In this document: positions 41,501 to 52,207 of the stretch, piece after piece
Layout: every line of letters begins with the position of its first letter
How positions within the stretch are numbered: the stretch's first letter is position 1
NCBI GenBank assembly: GCA_024181965.1
Contig: BQXS01012745.1
Span: 1 to 64,000 of the forward strand
Source: Aduncisulcus paluster
Taxonomy: Eukaryota
Length of the DNA stretch: 64,000 nt
Direction of reading: 5' to 3'
Position numbers and translations under genes: made by a program
The notes under the pieces: generated by a model
What the model was told of the DNA's origin: nothing
Databases searched by the model: none
What the model saw: the letters and a program-made list of their open reading frames with translations, nothing else

Positions 41501-44500
41501 ATCGAATCGTGAGACACTTGGAAGCATGTGGAATGTAAATACCATTTGTACAAGAACATCTATCATTGTTAGGGGTACCACGGATGATAGGGATACACAA
41601 TAACACAGCGTACATATCAACGATATCTTCAATGGAAGACGATTCTCTCTTTTGAGCTGCCCTGAGCCTCCGTAAATATGTGATGCATGTTTCATGTCGT
41701 GAGAAGGAAGACAATAGACTCGCAGGAGAGAAAGATTGAAGGAGATTTGGCAAAGAAGAGTAAGAAAATAGTCGAGGTATCATAGTTTTATCAACTTCAT
41801 CACCTATTTTATCCATTTTGTGGGTTGGAATGGATAAGACCGAAGCCTTTCCGGTCATCTTACGATACCAATCTGTGCCAGCCCCCCCAATGATTCGATG
41901 ACCAAGAACAAATGGTTTTCCAATGAACAAACTTGCATTATCAGGGATATCCTCAGAAGCAAAATTATATCGAATCGTGAGACACTTGGAAGCATGTGGA
42001 ATGTAAATACCATTTGTACAAGAACATCTATCATTGTTAGGGGTACCACGGATGATAGGGATACACAATAACACAGCGTACATATCAACAATCTTCATCA
42101 GTTTCCCCTCTTCTCTAATTCCAAACTTCACCCTACCAACACATCTATCAGATGGGCGCATATCACCGAGAGATTGAGGGAATGTGAACAAGCTTCTTTG
42201 TCGAACCATTTCTTCTTTCGCCTTTGCAAGTGAATGTTTTTCAAAGAATGAAGAAAGATACTGTGGGGTGTGAGAGGAGTGTTCTTCAGACAAGGAAGCG
42301 ACAGAAGCAGGGAGATTTCCCTTAGATATCTCTTCTTCTTCCCATTTCTTCCGTTTGCTTTGTTTTCTGGCTATTTTCTTTACATCCCGAATATGCCTGT
42401 GTTCCTTAACCATAAGGCCTTCTTGAACCCTCTCTCTGACTCCAGAGCATATCTGAACAGAAGATGGGGCAAGAGGAATCATGATGGACTTCAAAGTTTG
42501 GGAAGAAACACATGAAGTAAAACCAAGACAATGTTTGTGGTCCATATCATGAATTTTCTCATAGTATTTATCAGATACATCAGTTTTAGTGGGGAAATGT
42601 GTGTGAGAATTAGACAAATCTTTGTGAGTCTGTGCAGATAAGAGCTGTGGATTTGTGACTGAATTCGATACAAGGGGGAATATTGATGAAGAAACCTCAA
42701 TTATCTCTTCATCTGAAGTCCTTTCTTGTGGTATAAGTGGATGTGTAGGAACTAGATGAGGAATGTAAAGATATTTACACTCACTCAAAGAGTCCAAACT
42801 AATGGACAGATCGTAATATGAACAGAACTTGATACTTGGATGAATAGAATGCGATAGATCTATCGAGCGAAGGACATGTGGATTGAAAAATGAGAATAAA
42901 GAGAAGATCCTCATAGCTGCCAAAAGGAATCCATCCTTTGAGAAAGATGAAAGGATATCAACTTTATGAGAATCAGGAAGGTCTACAGTATCGTGTTTTC
43001 GTTTCGTATTCTTTGGACCTGAAGTTGTCGGTTTATGGTCTGTTTTACGACGTTTCCAAGTTGGTGATCGCATTTCTCTAACATTATTCCCTTTCCCTTC
43101 GTAAGATTCCCATATTTCGCATTCGGATAAGTGCACAGCTATCGCTTCAAGACAGTGAGCACATTTCTCACATTCACAAACAGAAGGCTGGAAATGACCA
43201 CAACAGGAAATCAAGGGAGCTAAGCACACATCGAGAGGAGAGGAAGAGGGAGAGGAACTTTTGAGAAGTTGAGGAAGCTTTGATGCTGGGAAATGGCCTA
43301 AAAGAGGAAGCAGAAGGGAAGAAGATGGCGATAATAAAAACAAAAGGGGTGGTTTTTGATGAATACTATCCTCTTGCCACGAATCGTGTTTGTTTTTATG
43401 TATCCTTGATGGAAAAGGAACTATTTTGACCGCATTAATCCCCCAAGGATAAGGCAATGTCATTCTTGATGTTCCAATATATTTCAGATCCCTTTCTTGA
43501 AGCCTTGATTGAGCCAAATACATTGGATTATCATCAGAAAGAATAGGGGGAAAGGACGGCAATGATGCAGAATGAGAAAATGTATTAATTAAAGAACGGA
43601 ACATTGAGCACAATTCAATACATTCCTTTGTCAACATTTGAATAGAACTTCTCGAAATGTCTTCAGAATGCTCAGTATCACCGATAGATTCAAGTCCACT
43701 TTTCTCCCTTTCTTCTTCTACTTTTTCTTTCAATTTCCCGACTCCTTCAGAAGAATCCAATTTTACAGTTGGAGAATCAGATCCAAGCTCGCTCACCCAG
43801 GAAAGCACATGATTTGACAAGATTAGAAGCTCTCCCCATGTTTCCTTTGCCTTTTCAACGTGTGAGTGAATCGAATGAATGAATGCTCCCAACATTCGAG
43901 TGTTTGGAGAGTGGACAGAGGAAGAGAACGAAAGGAATAGATATACAGTTGAGAGTGTTTCAATAATATGATTCACAATGGAGTGAGTGAGAGTGAAAAA
44001 GGAGAGAGGAAGGGAAAGTAAAGGGGAATCAGTGTCAAGAATTGAAGATATATATTCAATGCAAAACGATAATGGATTCGAAGATAACGAAAGAGAAGGA
44101 TACGAATCATTGATAGATTCCAGAAGACTCAAATAATGTTTGTTGATTGATGTCAGGGCAACTCGGATATTTTGATGCCGAAGAGAGGAGACGAATTCAT
44201 CAATAAAAGATTTAGCTCGACCTTTTGGAGTGTATAGCTTTGAAATTAGATCACACATGGACTCCCTTTGGGCGAATTCACAAACTCCATAACACATGCA
44301 TCTAAAAATAGCAATTATTGGGGCCATTAGATGAAAATGGTTCAAAGAAGAGGATGAGATTGTTTTCTTGGGCAGAGAATCATCAATTTTTGGAATAATA
44401 AAATGTGTTCTTGGATGAGGAACGAAAGAAAAAGAAGACAGGGAAGAAAATACGTGAGAATATGAACCATTCTCATATTCTCCTAAAATAGATCTTAAAT

Positions 44501-47003
44501 ACATTGAAAAATTGAATTCTAAATTTCTATCTCTTGTTCTTTGATTCCAATATGTTCCATCGGTACTTCTTTCCTCGATCGAGACACTCTCCGTCTTTTC
44601 ATGTTCAAAGGATGATCTAATTTTAGAATCTGATTGAGAAACAATGACCTTTTCAGGCTCATCTGCAGACAATTTAATTGAAGGGAATGTCTGGGTTGGA
44701 ATGGATCCTCCTCGAATTCCAGAACATAATCCCTCGACGCTATCAACAATCATCGTATTTTGATAATCTGTGGAAGTCACTCCGGAAGAGGATATAGCAA
44801 GGGAAAGCGATACCTGTGAATCCTCATCGCCTCCATGCGAATCGCTGTTATTTCCAATCTCAGTGAAAGAGGTCACAGAAGATGGGTCAAAGAAAGATGT
44901 TTGTGCGTTTGATGATATAAAAGATATCACTGAGACCAGAGGATTAAACGGGGCACTATCACCAGGCATTCTTTCTTCATGTACAGCTCCATTTGGTGAG
45001 GTTGAAGCGAATATCTCTCTGATCCAAGCTCTAAGATTATCATCAGAATACATGACGGAATCACTGAGACTTTGTTGGCCTGTGTCCGAAGAAATATCGG
45101 TGATACTACTTGATCGAGAAGCTGAACTCACAGTGAACATCTTTCCTTCACCTTCTCCATCTGCTTCGGATGTGTATGAAGAGGAAAGTAATTTTGTGTC
45201 ATCACTTTTTAATGTAAATGGAGAATTAAGACACTTATAATCTTCTAAATAGTGCGATTTGACATCAAAAACAGAACTTCTGACTTTACACCAATCAAGA
45301 GAACCATCTCCAGGGCGGTCAAAAATAATAATACACGTCTCAAAATCTGAATATATACGATTTTCAATGCAGTTTCCCCTNNNNNNNNNNNNNNNNNNNN
45401 AAGCTGAACTCACAGTGAACATCTTTCCTTCACCTTCTCCATCTGCTTCGGATGTGTATGAAGAGGAAAGTAATTTTGTGTCATCACTTTTTAATGTAAA
45501 TGGAGAATTAAGACACTTATAATCTTCTAAATAGTGCGATTTGACATCAAAAACAGAACTTCTGACTTTACACCAATCAAGAGAACCATCTCCAGGGCGG
45601 TCAAAAATAATAATACACGTCTCAAAATCTGAATATATACGATTTTCAATGATTTTGGGAGATGGATTAGATTGTGCTCCAATTTTAGCTGCGTGAGAAA
45701 GAACAGATGATGTTGATGAAGAAGAATAAGCTGAAGAGTGGATCGAAGAAGACGTTTCAGATCCAAGAGATTTTGTTGAACCTGCTGTACTAGAAATACG
45801 GGTGGTTGAAGAAACTCCCATTTCTGAATTGGCATGAGAACGCTTGGACCTGGGAGCTTTTGGGAGTGAATCTGGAACTTGACCCGTATTAGTGCCCGAT
45901 TTAAAGCCGCCTGACTGGTGATCAACAGAAGCAGACACAGAGGATGATCTCCTTCCCGTTGATCCATGAGTTGAATCTGATATTTGGAGTGATTCATTGT
46001 GCGTTATCTTCTCATCCTCTTCTTCCTCCTCCTTCTGATAACTCTGTTTCCATCTTGCCGATATGCATCCGATTACATATTCCTTCTCAGACCAAACAAA
46101 CCTTTTTGCGACACAAAGAGCATCACAGACAGAGACACATGCACCAGGAATATGTGAGAATGGAAGAGAAAGGGTATGATTGAGATGAAACGGAGAGGGA
46201 GAAAGAAAAGATGAGTTGGGTGGACAGAGGGATGTGGGATAAGCTGGTACATTAACTGTGATAAAAGGAGTGCTCGAACAAGTCGATGGGACCGTTTTTG
46301 TGGATTGAGAAAGTGATTTACCGGAAATAAGCCATGAAACATCCATTGTTTCACAAAACAATGCACAAACACGAGAGCAATTACAAAGACTTGAGGAACA
46401 AGATCTCAGAGCATTTTCAATATATTCATTAGAAAATATATCATCAATATCTGGCAATATAGAGTTAATTGTTGATTTTCGGATGCAATCAATGAAAGGT
46501 ATAGATTTAGCATGGATGAAGGTAGAAAGTGGTAAAGGTAATTTTATCCATCTAATTTGAGTTAATTGACGAATTATATGATTTTGAGGAAGTTGAAAAA
46601 CCGTTTTGGAAGTTTTATCTTCAGCAGCACCGATAATAACGTGATATCCGGTTCTAAGATATGCAACAAATGGACCAACTTTATAAATTTTATAATAATT
46701 ATTTATATCAGTGTGTTCACTATTAGGTATTCCCAAACGATTCTTGAGAGCTATATGAGCTTCTGGAATAGTATTGAATTTGTCATGGCCAGGAATCCCT
46801 TTATAAATCAATTCACCAGAGACTGGATCGATAGACATAATGAAAACATAATCCAGCCAGATAAATGATGATAATATGAACTATCAAAGCGAATAAGGAG
46901 TGAATATCATGATAATAGTAAAAATGAGGATAAAGAGGTAAAATAAAAAACATACTGAATTTCCACATGGATCTATTAAAATATAATTTGTTGAATGTGG
47001 CAT
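38523..47003 (-). CDS. Divergent SAC9-like phosphoinositide phosphatase homolog, probably catalytically degenerate; exons 47003-46956 and 46880-38523
   Basis: IDPVSGELIYKGIPGHDKF, RWIKLPL, FCETMDVS and FHLNHTLSLPF resemble the plant SAC9 N-terminus as recalled (IDPTTG.L.Y.GKPG.D.F, QWVKIPL, FCDTRDIT, FVWNRWLSVPF). A phase-0 GTATGT...TAG intron lies at 46955-46881. A Cys-rich finger lies near 40195-40275. Confidence 0.6.
41148..42089. repeat. Exact in-frame tandem duplication, 468-bp unit
   Basis: Identical sequence at offset 468 (156 codons); probably an assembly artefact. Confidence 0.9.
45119..45651. repeat. Assembly gap (N 45381-45400) with duplicated flanks
   Basis: 45119-45369 equals 45401-45651. 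Confidence 0.92.
46881..46955 (-). other. Spliceosomal intron (75 nt) in the SAC9-like gene
   Basis: GTATGT...GATAG joins a 16-codon ATG exon in frame to an open stretch upstream of the ORF-track start. Confidence 0.75.
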
Positions 47004-47257
47004 TATATCGTTCAGAATAGGGGGAAATGAACAAAAAGTACCAAAATCTGCTGTATAAAACAAAAAATGTATTTTATTTTATAAAATTACTTAAAACAAT
47101 CAATTAAAATCAAATTTACCTTTTGAATATATTATAATTATTTACGAAGCGAATTGAAAGAATTCTTGAGTGTTGCTCAAGAATTAAACATAATTTGCAA
47201 AATTCAAATCAACATTTCAATTTAAAATATAATAAGAAAATCACTATATATAAAAAA

Positions 47258-47551
47258 ATGGATATTATCGAAAAATTAGAGGCCATCCCTGAAATTGGAG
47301 GTACAGATGAAGCTGATAAAGAAGCACAAATTATGGGACATATTGCTGCGCCTCCAACTGCCATCACAGCGAAATTAACGTCATTAGAAGAGCTTGAAGG
47401 ACAAGAAAAGGCTACAGAACTCCAGCAAACAATCGATGGGATCGATGTATCATCATTAGCTGCTTGTGTAGTTAAAAAGAAATATATTCACATTGAACCG
47501 GATGAAGAATGGACCATTTCAACATTATTACAAAGCATTTCTTCCAAATAG
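47258..47551 (+). CDS. IFT43: Intraflagellar transport protein IFT43-like (97 aa)
   Basis: IPEI...IAAPP...LTSLEELE...DGIDVSSL...EPDEEW..STLLQSISS follows the IFT43 conserved-domain pattern. Confidence 0.68.
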   Translation: MDIIEKLEAIPEIGGTDEADKEAQIMGHIAAPPTAITAKLTSLEELEGQEKATELQQTIDGIDVSSLAACVVKKKYIHIEPDEEWTISTLLQSISSK

Positions 47552-47763
47552 ATGATATTTCCTATCTTCCTTAGTTATTTATTATTTTATCAGTAAAATA
47601 CATTTCTATTAATTTTTATTCATTTTCCTTTGATATAAATTACTAAATATCATGATTGATAGTTTTGTTTGTCAATACTGATCAGCAGTGTGTTTTGTTT
47701 GACATCAGCCGACCAATCTTTAATTTGATCTTATAATTGATAAATATTTGATTAATTTTTAAT

Positions 47764-48189
47764 ATGATTCACTTTTTTCTCGTTCAAAATCTTCAAGGAA
47801 AAACTAGACTTTCTAAATGGTATTCTACATTCTCCTATGATGAAAGAAGACAGTTAGAAACTGAAGTTCATATGGCAGTATCAGCAAGACCTGCTAAATT
47901 CACAAATTTCATTGAATTTCGCGATTATAAACTCGTATATCGTCAATATGCCACTTTGTTCTTTACAATGGCCATAGATCCCGATGACAACGAATTAGCG
48001 TATCTTGAGTCAATCCATCTATTTGTTGAAACCATGGATAAATATTTTGGCAATGTTAGAGAACTTGATCTCATCTTCCAATTCCATAAGGTATATGCCA
48101 TTCTTGATGAAATGTTTTTGGCGGGAGAAATTATGGAATCTGGAAAACAAGTAATTTTAAAACAAGTTGATACGCTACAATTTGAATAA
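47764..48189 (+). CDS. AP2S1: Clathrin adaptor small (sigma) subunit, AP-2 sigma type
   Basis: [54 protein letters not shown]. Confidence 0.88.
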   Translation: MIHFFLVQNLQGKTRLSKWYSTFSYDERRQLETEVHMAVSARPAKFTNFIEFRDYKLVYRQYATLFFTMAIDPDDNELAYLESIHLFVETMDKYFGNVRELDLIFQFHKVYAILDEMFLAGEIMESGKQVILKQVDTLQFE

Positions 48190-48356
48190 ATGAGCCGTGA
48201 TTTTTTTTTTTATTTTATTTTACTTAAAATCAATGGCTAAACACTCTAAAATAGAAATTTTTATTTGTTGCTATTATATATTCTTTCGATTCGAAAGTTT
48301 CGAATATGAATTGACTCTTTATATTGTCATTATATACGAAAATCTCCCCCCCAAAA

Positions 48357-51300
48357 TCAATATGCATCTGTTTCCTCATCAACTAGTCCATTTTGCCTTT
48401 CTAATTTTGCCTCTTGGACTCGTGACACAATATAAGGATACAACAATACAGCGTCATCAACAGTATTAGCAGAGCATATTCTATTGAGATAGTTAAGCCT
48501 ATCAACCAAAGGAAGTCCTTCTTCATCTTCCTCCTCTTTCTTCTCCTCTTCACCATCATCTCCTTTCTCATCCTCTTCGTTGTGTAGTTTATGCATTAAT
48601 ATCTCTCGGCTAGAGCCAAGTCGTGGAGATCCATCGCCAGAGGGAGAATCACCTGTGGTTTGAGGCTTTTCAGGCTTTGTTAGTAATTCGTGAATGCCAT
48701 CAAGGCCACATTTATCGCCAATTATCGTTTGAGCAATTGATAGAGCTCGTTTTTCCATCCACTTCACATTCTTAAGAGATGAAACATAATCATCCACTTG
48801 GTGGGACACAGATTGCAGCACGTCGACCATCTCTCCTCCCTTTCTAACTATAGAATCATACAAGGTGATACCATCCTCAAGAGAAGGGCAGAGTTCAGCA
48901 TGTGATAATGGCAAGTATTTAGGATCGAATAATGGTCGAGGCAAATGGAGAGCTTTCTTATCGGACATCCGAGATTTTATCCTTGATACAAAATCTTCCT
49001 TGTACCCTTCCCACTTCTCATCGGGTTTCGTAACTCTGTGTTTCATTGCCTCAGTGATTGTTGCAGTGTTGTCTTTCTCAATTTGACTAAGAATATGCTT
49101 TGTGGCACCATGTGCCACTTTCAAGTGATCCTTGTTCCCACTAAGAAGAGTGCTCAAATCACTCACTGGCATCACACCTGGCTGTTCATGGAAAGATTGA
49201 TTGTATTGGGAATAACCAAACTCCATTCCAGCATCAAATACATCTTCTTCACGGTCACAACCGATCATAAAGGGTTCCGAAGGGTCAACTTCATCTTCTG
49301 TATGGACATGTCTATTCTTTTTGGACCCAGTGCCTGGATTCTGAGGATTTGACAGTTGCGAGTAACTGGGGTGGGATAAGATATGGGGATCCATCTGGGA
49401 ATGGGCAAGAGATCCACTCCTGCGATGAGTTTTTTCAACCTTTCCATCCTTATCAGAAACTCCTTTTGAATTGTCGCTATGCTTGAGCGAGCGTAGAGAT
49501 GAGGATGATTTTGCTAACTCTCTTGCAGCACGGTCTTCTCGATCCTCCACACAAAGGAGAGATCGCAAACCAATCTGTAACTTCTTGAGCTTTACGAGTT
49601 CAGAAGTATCTTCATTCGAGTGTACAGGTTTAGAGGCAAAGAAACCCTCGAGAACCCGTTCACGGGTATGCTGGGCAATCTGTTTGGCCGTTACAGCAGT
49701 CAGAAAAGAAGACTTTGATAAGAGAGAAGAAAAAGAGCATCGGACAACTTCAATTGTAGCCTTTAACGTGTGAGCAAGCTCTTCACGTCGATGTTCTCGT
49801 TCCTCAGCCTCCTCCTGAAGAACTTTTCTCGTATTATCTGACATTGATACTCCCTTAGGACTTAGTGCATGGAATGATGAAGATCTTGGTAGACCATCCC
49901 GATGTGGAGACTCTCCTCTTGCAGTTGGATCCATTTCATCTTCCTGACCATGGGAACGAGGACTATGACGAGCCTTATGATATGTGGATGCATGGCCTCT
50001 TCCCTCAGCTTCAATCCCACCAAGAGGGTAGGATATCATTGCGTTTGAGAAAGTATGAGCATACAGAGCAAGAACGTGTGGAAGGGCGTATCCATCTCCA
50101 TCATACAAGCCATCAGCTCTCATTCCAGCTGTGTTTGTGATGTCAGAAGTCAGAATATCACTGAAAGGCATCGATAGGGTCATAACAAGTGGCTTGGGAA
50201 GGGAATACGCTAGTTCTGAAGCACCTTTTATATCATCATGGGTCGGTTGTTTAATTAAGAAAGAAAATAAGTTATTATTCACAATGCGTTCAATTTCTTT
50301 CTCCTCGGCCTGGGTATCTGTCCGTCTCTTGATGGCTTGTTCCGCTGCCAAAGAACGTTCTTCTCTCTCTTTATCTCTCTTCAACTTCTCTGATCGCTTC
50401 AACATCTGCTGCGCCGTGCTATACTCAACGGCTATCCGTTGTGTTTCCTTGAGTACCTCACTGTCATGTTGTGAGATCAACATGAGTTCATTGAGAAGAT
50501 CCTGCGTTAATTGAGAACGAGCACTTTTGAATGCTGAGGATTGTAACTGTGGATTAGGCAGAGGAATCTGTAAGTTTGGATTACCCCTGGGACTCGATTT
50601 CGAACTATCTTCCTCTTCTTCTTCAAACATAGATTCTACTTCGGACATATCGTCTTCGATGGCATGTGAAAAAGACTTAACGAGGGTGCTCGAAGGCATT
50701 GGTCTTGTTAAGGATATTCCATCCTCGTCATACTGCCCGTCTAGATGATCAGAACCCGTCGACTCACCTTCTTCTTGCTCTTCCTTCCGATCTTTCTCCT
50801 CAATCAACACTTGGCCATCCTTAACAATGGCGTGTTCACGACGACGACTTGATAATTGATGCTCCAAATCGATCCTTTGTTTCCTATAATCATCCAATTC
50901 TTGCTCAGCTTTCTTCTGGAACACCTGAATATCCTCCTCACTGAGACCCCAGAAGGTAGAAAGAATGAATCTTCGCCTCTCACGAATATCTTCAATTGCT
51001 CGCATTTCTGCCTTTCGAAGGACATCAAGGAGAACACCCACTTTCTCCACATTGGTCCCATTGACGAGAGTGGAAGTATCATCCATTCCAAGGGAAGAAA
51101 CACTATCTACAATCCCTTCCGAAGATATAATTGGCATGGGATCTGCCTCTTTCACTCCAATTTCTTCTGCCATCATGGATTCTTCACTGACGGCTGAGGA
51201 GAGAGCGTGAGTAAAACGGAATAACTTAGTATTGGATGGAGAATACCACTTTTGGGGAAGAGGATTATCCGTAGATGTTATACGAGCACGCATTAAAACA

Positions 51301-51938
51301 CTCCTATTGACGATATTAGCAAGTTGCATGGCTGTCAATGATGAAGACACCTTGTGATCGATTGTACGAACACAATTCAGAGTTTCCTGAACTATTTTAT
51401 CTGGAGCGATGGCTTTAGCAATACGTCCGACGAGAATGGCCCGAAGACACATTCTATTATGCACCTTATCACTGGGAGAGGCAGAGAAATTAGAAGAGAT
51501 TGACCGCACAGTCCTGGCATGTGCATCGGCAACAGCAAGCGCTGTAATATATGGCAAAACAATTGGAATTGCTTCTTTTGCCCGCAAAGAAAGCTTCATT
51601 TTTTTTCTATCGGCCATTGGAATTGCAGAAAGCAAACGATGAGATTTTCGAATGGTATCCATATCATGACGTACTTTAATCGCATCTCCTGCAGATCGCA
51701 AATTTTTTTCAAGATGTCCAAAATCCATAACAACCTTCTCAGCAATTTGAATCATTGAAACATCTTCAAGTGCATTTTTTAAATCTTTGGATTTTAGAGA
51801 AATTGATTCTAAATCTGAAATATATGAGCGTTTTTTTAGTTCTGCTAACCCGAAATCATCAATTTGTTGTTTTTTCTTTGCGAAATCAGCTCTGACTTGA
51901 GCAGCTACTGAACCAGTTGATATGGGGACTTCAGACAT
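48357..51938 (-). CDS. Hypothetical protein with coiled-coil and disordered regions (1193 aa)
   Basis: Long uninterrupted ORF with an ATG start after an AT-rich spacer; no family recognised. Confidence 0.8.
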   Translation of the reverse strand: MSEVPISTGSVAAQVRADFAKKKQQIDDFGLAELKKRSYISDLESISLKSKDLKNALEDVSMIQIAEKVVMDFGHLEKNLRSAGDAIKVRHDMDTIRKSHRLLSAIPMADRKKMKLSLRAKEAIPIVLPYITALAVADAHARTVRSISSNFSASPSDKVHNRMCLRAILVGRIAKAIAPDKIVQETLNCVRTIDHKVSSSLTAMQLANIVNRSVLMRARITSTDNPLPQKWYSPSNTKLFRFTHALSSAVSEESMMAEEIGVKEADPMPIISSEGIVDSVSSLGMDDTSTLVNGTNVEKVGVLLDVLRKAEMRAIEDIRERRRFILSTFWGLSEEDIQVFQKKAEQELDDYRKQRIDLEHQLSSRRREHAIVKDGQVLIEEKDRKEEQEEGESTGSDHLDGQYDEDGISLTRPMPSSTLVKSFSHAIEDDMSEVESMFEEEEEDSSKSSPRGNPNLQIPLPNPQLQSSAFKSARSQLTQDLLNELMLISQHDSEVLKETQRIAVEYSTAQQMLKRSEKLKRDKEREERSLAAEQAIKRRTDTQAEEKEIERIVNNNLFSFLIKQPTHDDIKGASELAYSLPKPLVMTLSMPFSDILTSDITNTAGMRADGLYDGDGYALPHVLALYAHTFSNAMISYPLGGIEAEGRGHASTYHKARHSPRSHGQEDEMDPTARGESPHRDGLPRSSSFHALSPKGVSMSDNTRKVLQEEAEEREHRREELAHTLKATIEVVRCSFSSLLSKSSFLTAVTAKQIAQHTRERVLEGFFASKPVHSNEDTSELVKLKKLQIGLRSLLCVEDREDRAARELAKSSSSLRSLKHSDNSKGVSDKDGKVEKTHRRSGSLAHSQMDPHILSHPSYSQLSNPQNPGTGSKKNRHVHTEDEVDPSEPFMIGCDREEDVFDAGMEFGYSQYNQSFHEQPGVMPVSDLSTLLSGNKDHLKVAHGATKHILSQIEKDNTATITEAMKHRVTKPDEKWEGYKEDFVSRIKSRMSDKKALHLPRPLFDPKYLPLSHAELCPSLEDGITLYDSIVRKGGEMVDVLQSVSHQVDDYVSSLKNVKWMEKRALSIAQTIIGDKCGLDGIHELLTKPEKPQTTGDSPSGDGSPRLGSSREILMHKLHNEEDEKGDDGEEEKKEEEDEEGLPLVDRLNYLNRICSANTVDDAVLLYPYIVSRVQEAKLERQNGLVDEETDAY

Positions 51939-52207
51939 GAAATACTATAAATACAATAAATAAAACCTGATTTATAAAAAGGAACTTTCAAATATAAACA
52001 CTGAATAAATTTAAGTAGCAAGAAACAGCGATTTTGTATTTCCTGCAGGGAAAAAAGGGCAAACAATTTGAATCGTTTATTAAATTGCCTTTATATTTAT
52101 TAGGATATCAAATTCAAATATCATCTTGGACATTATCAGTCGTTGAACAGCATTTTAGGAAAAGATTGGGTTTTGTATGAGATACTAAAAATAACAAAAT
52201 AATTTTA

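Noticed and set aside
41148-42089. 156-aa exact internal repeat in the SAC9-like protein
   Set aside because: 100% nucleotide identity including synonymous sites, in an assembly with many unmerged overlaps; most likely a gap-closure artefact.
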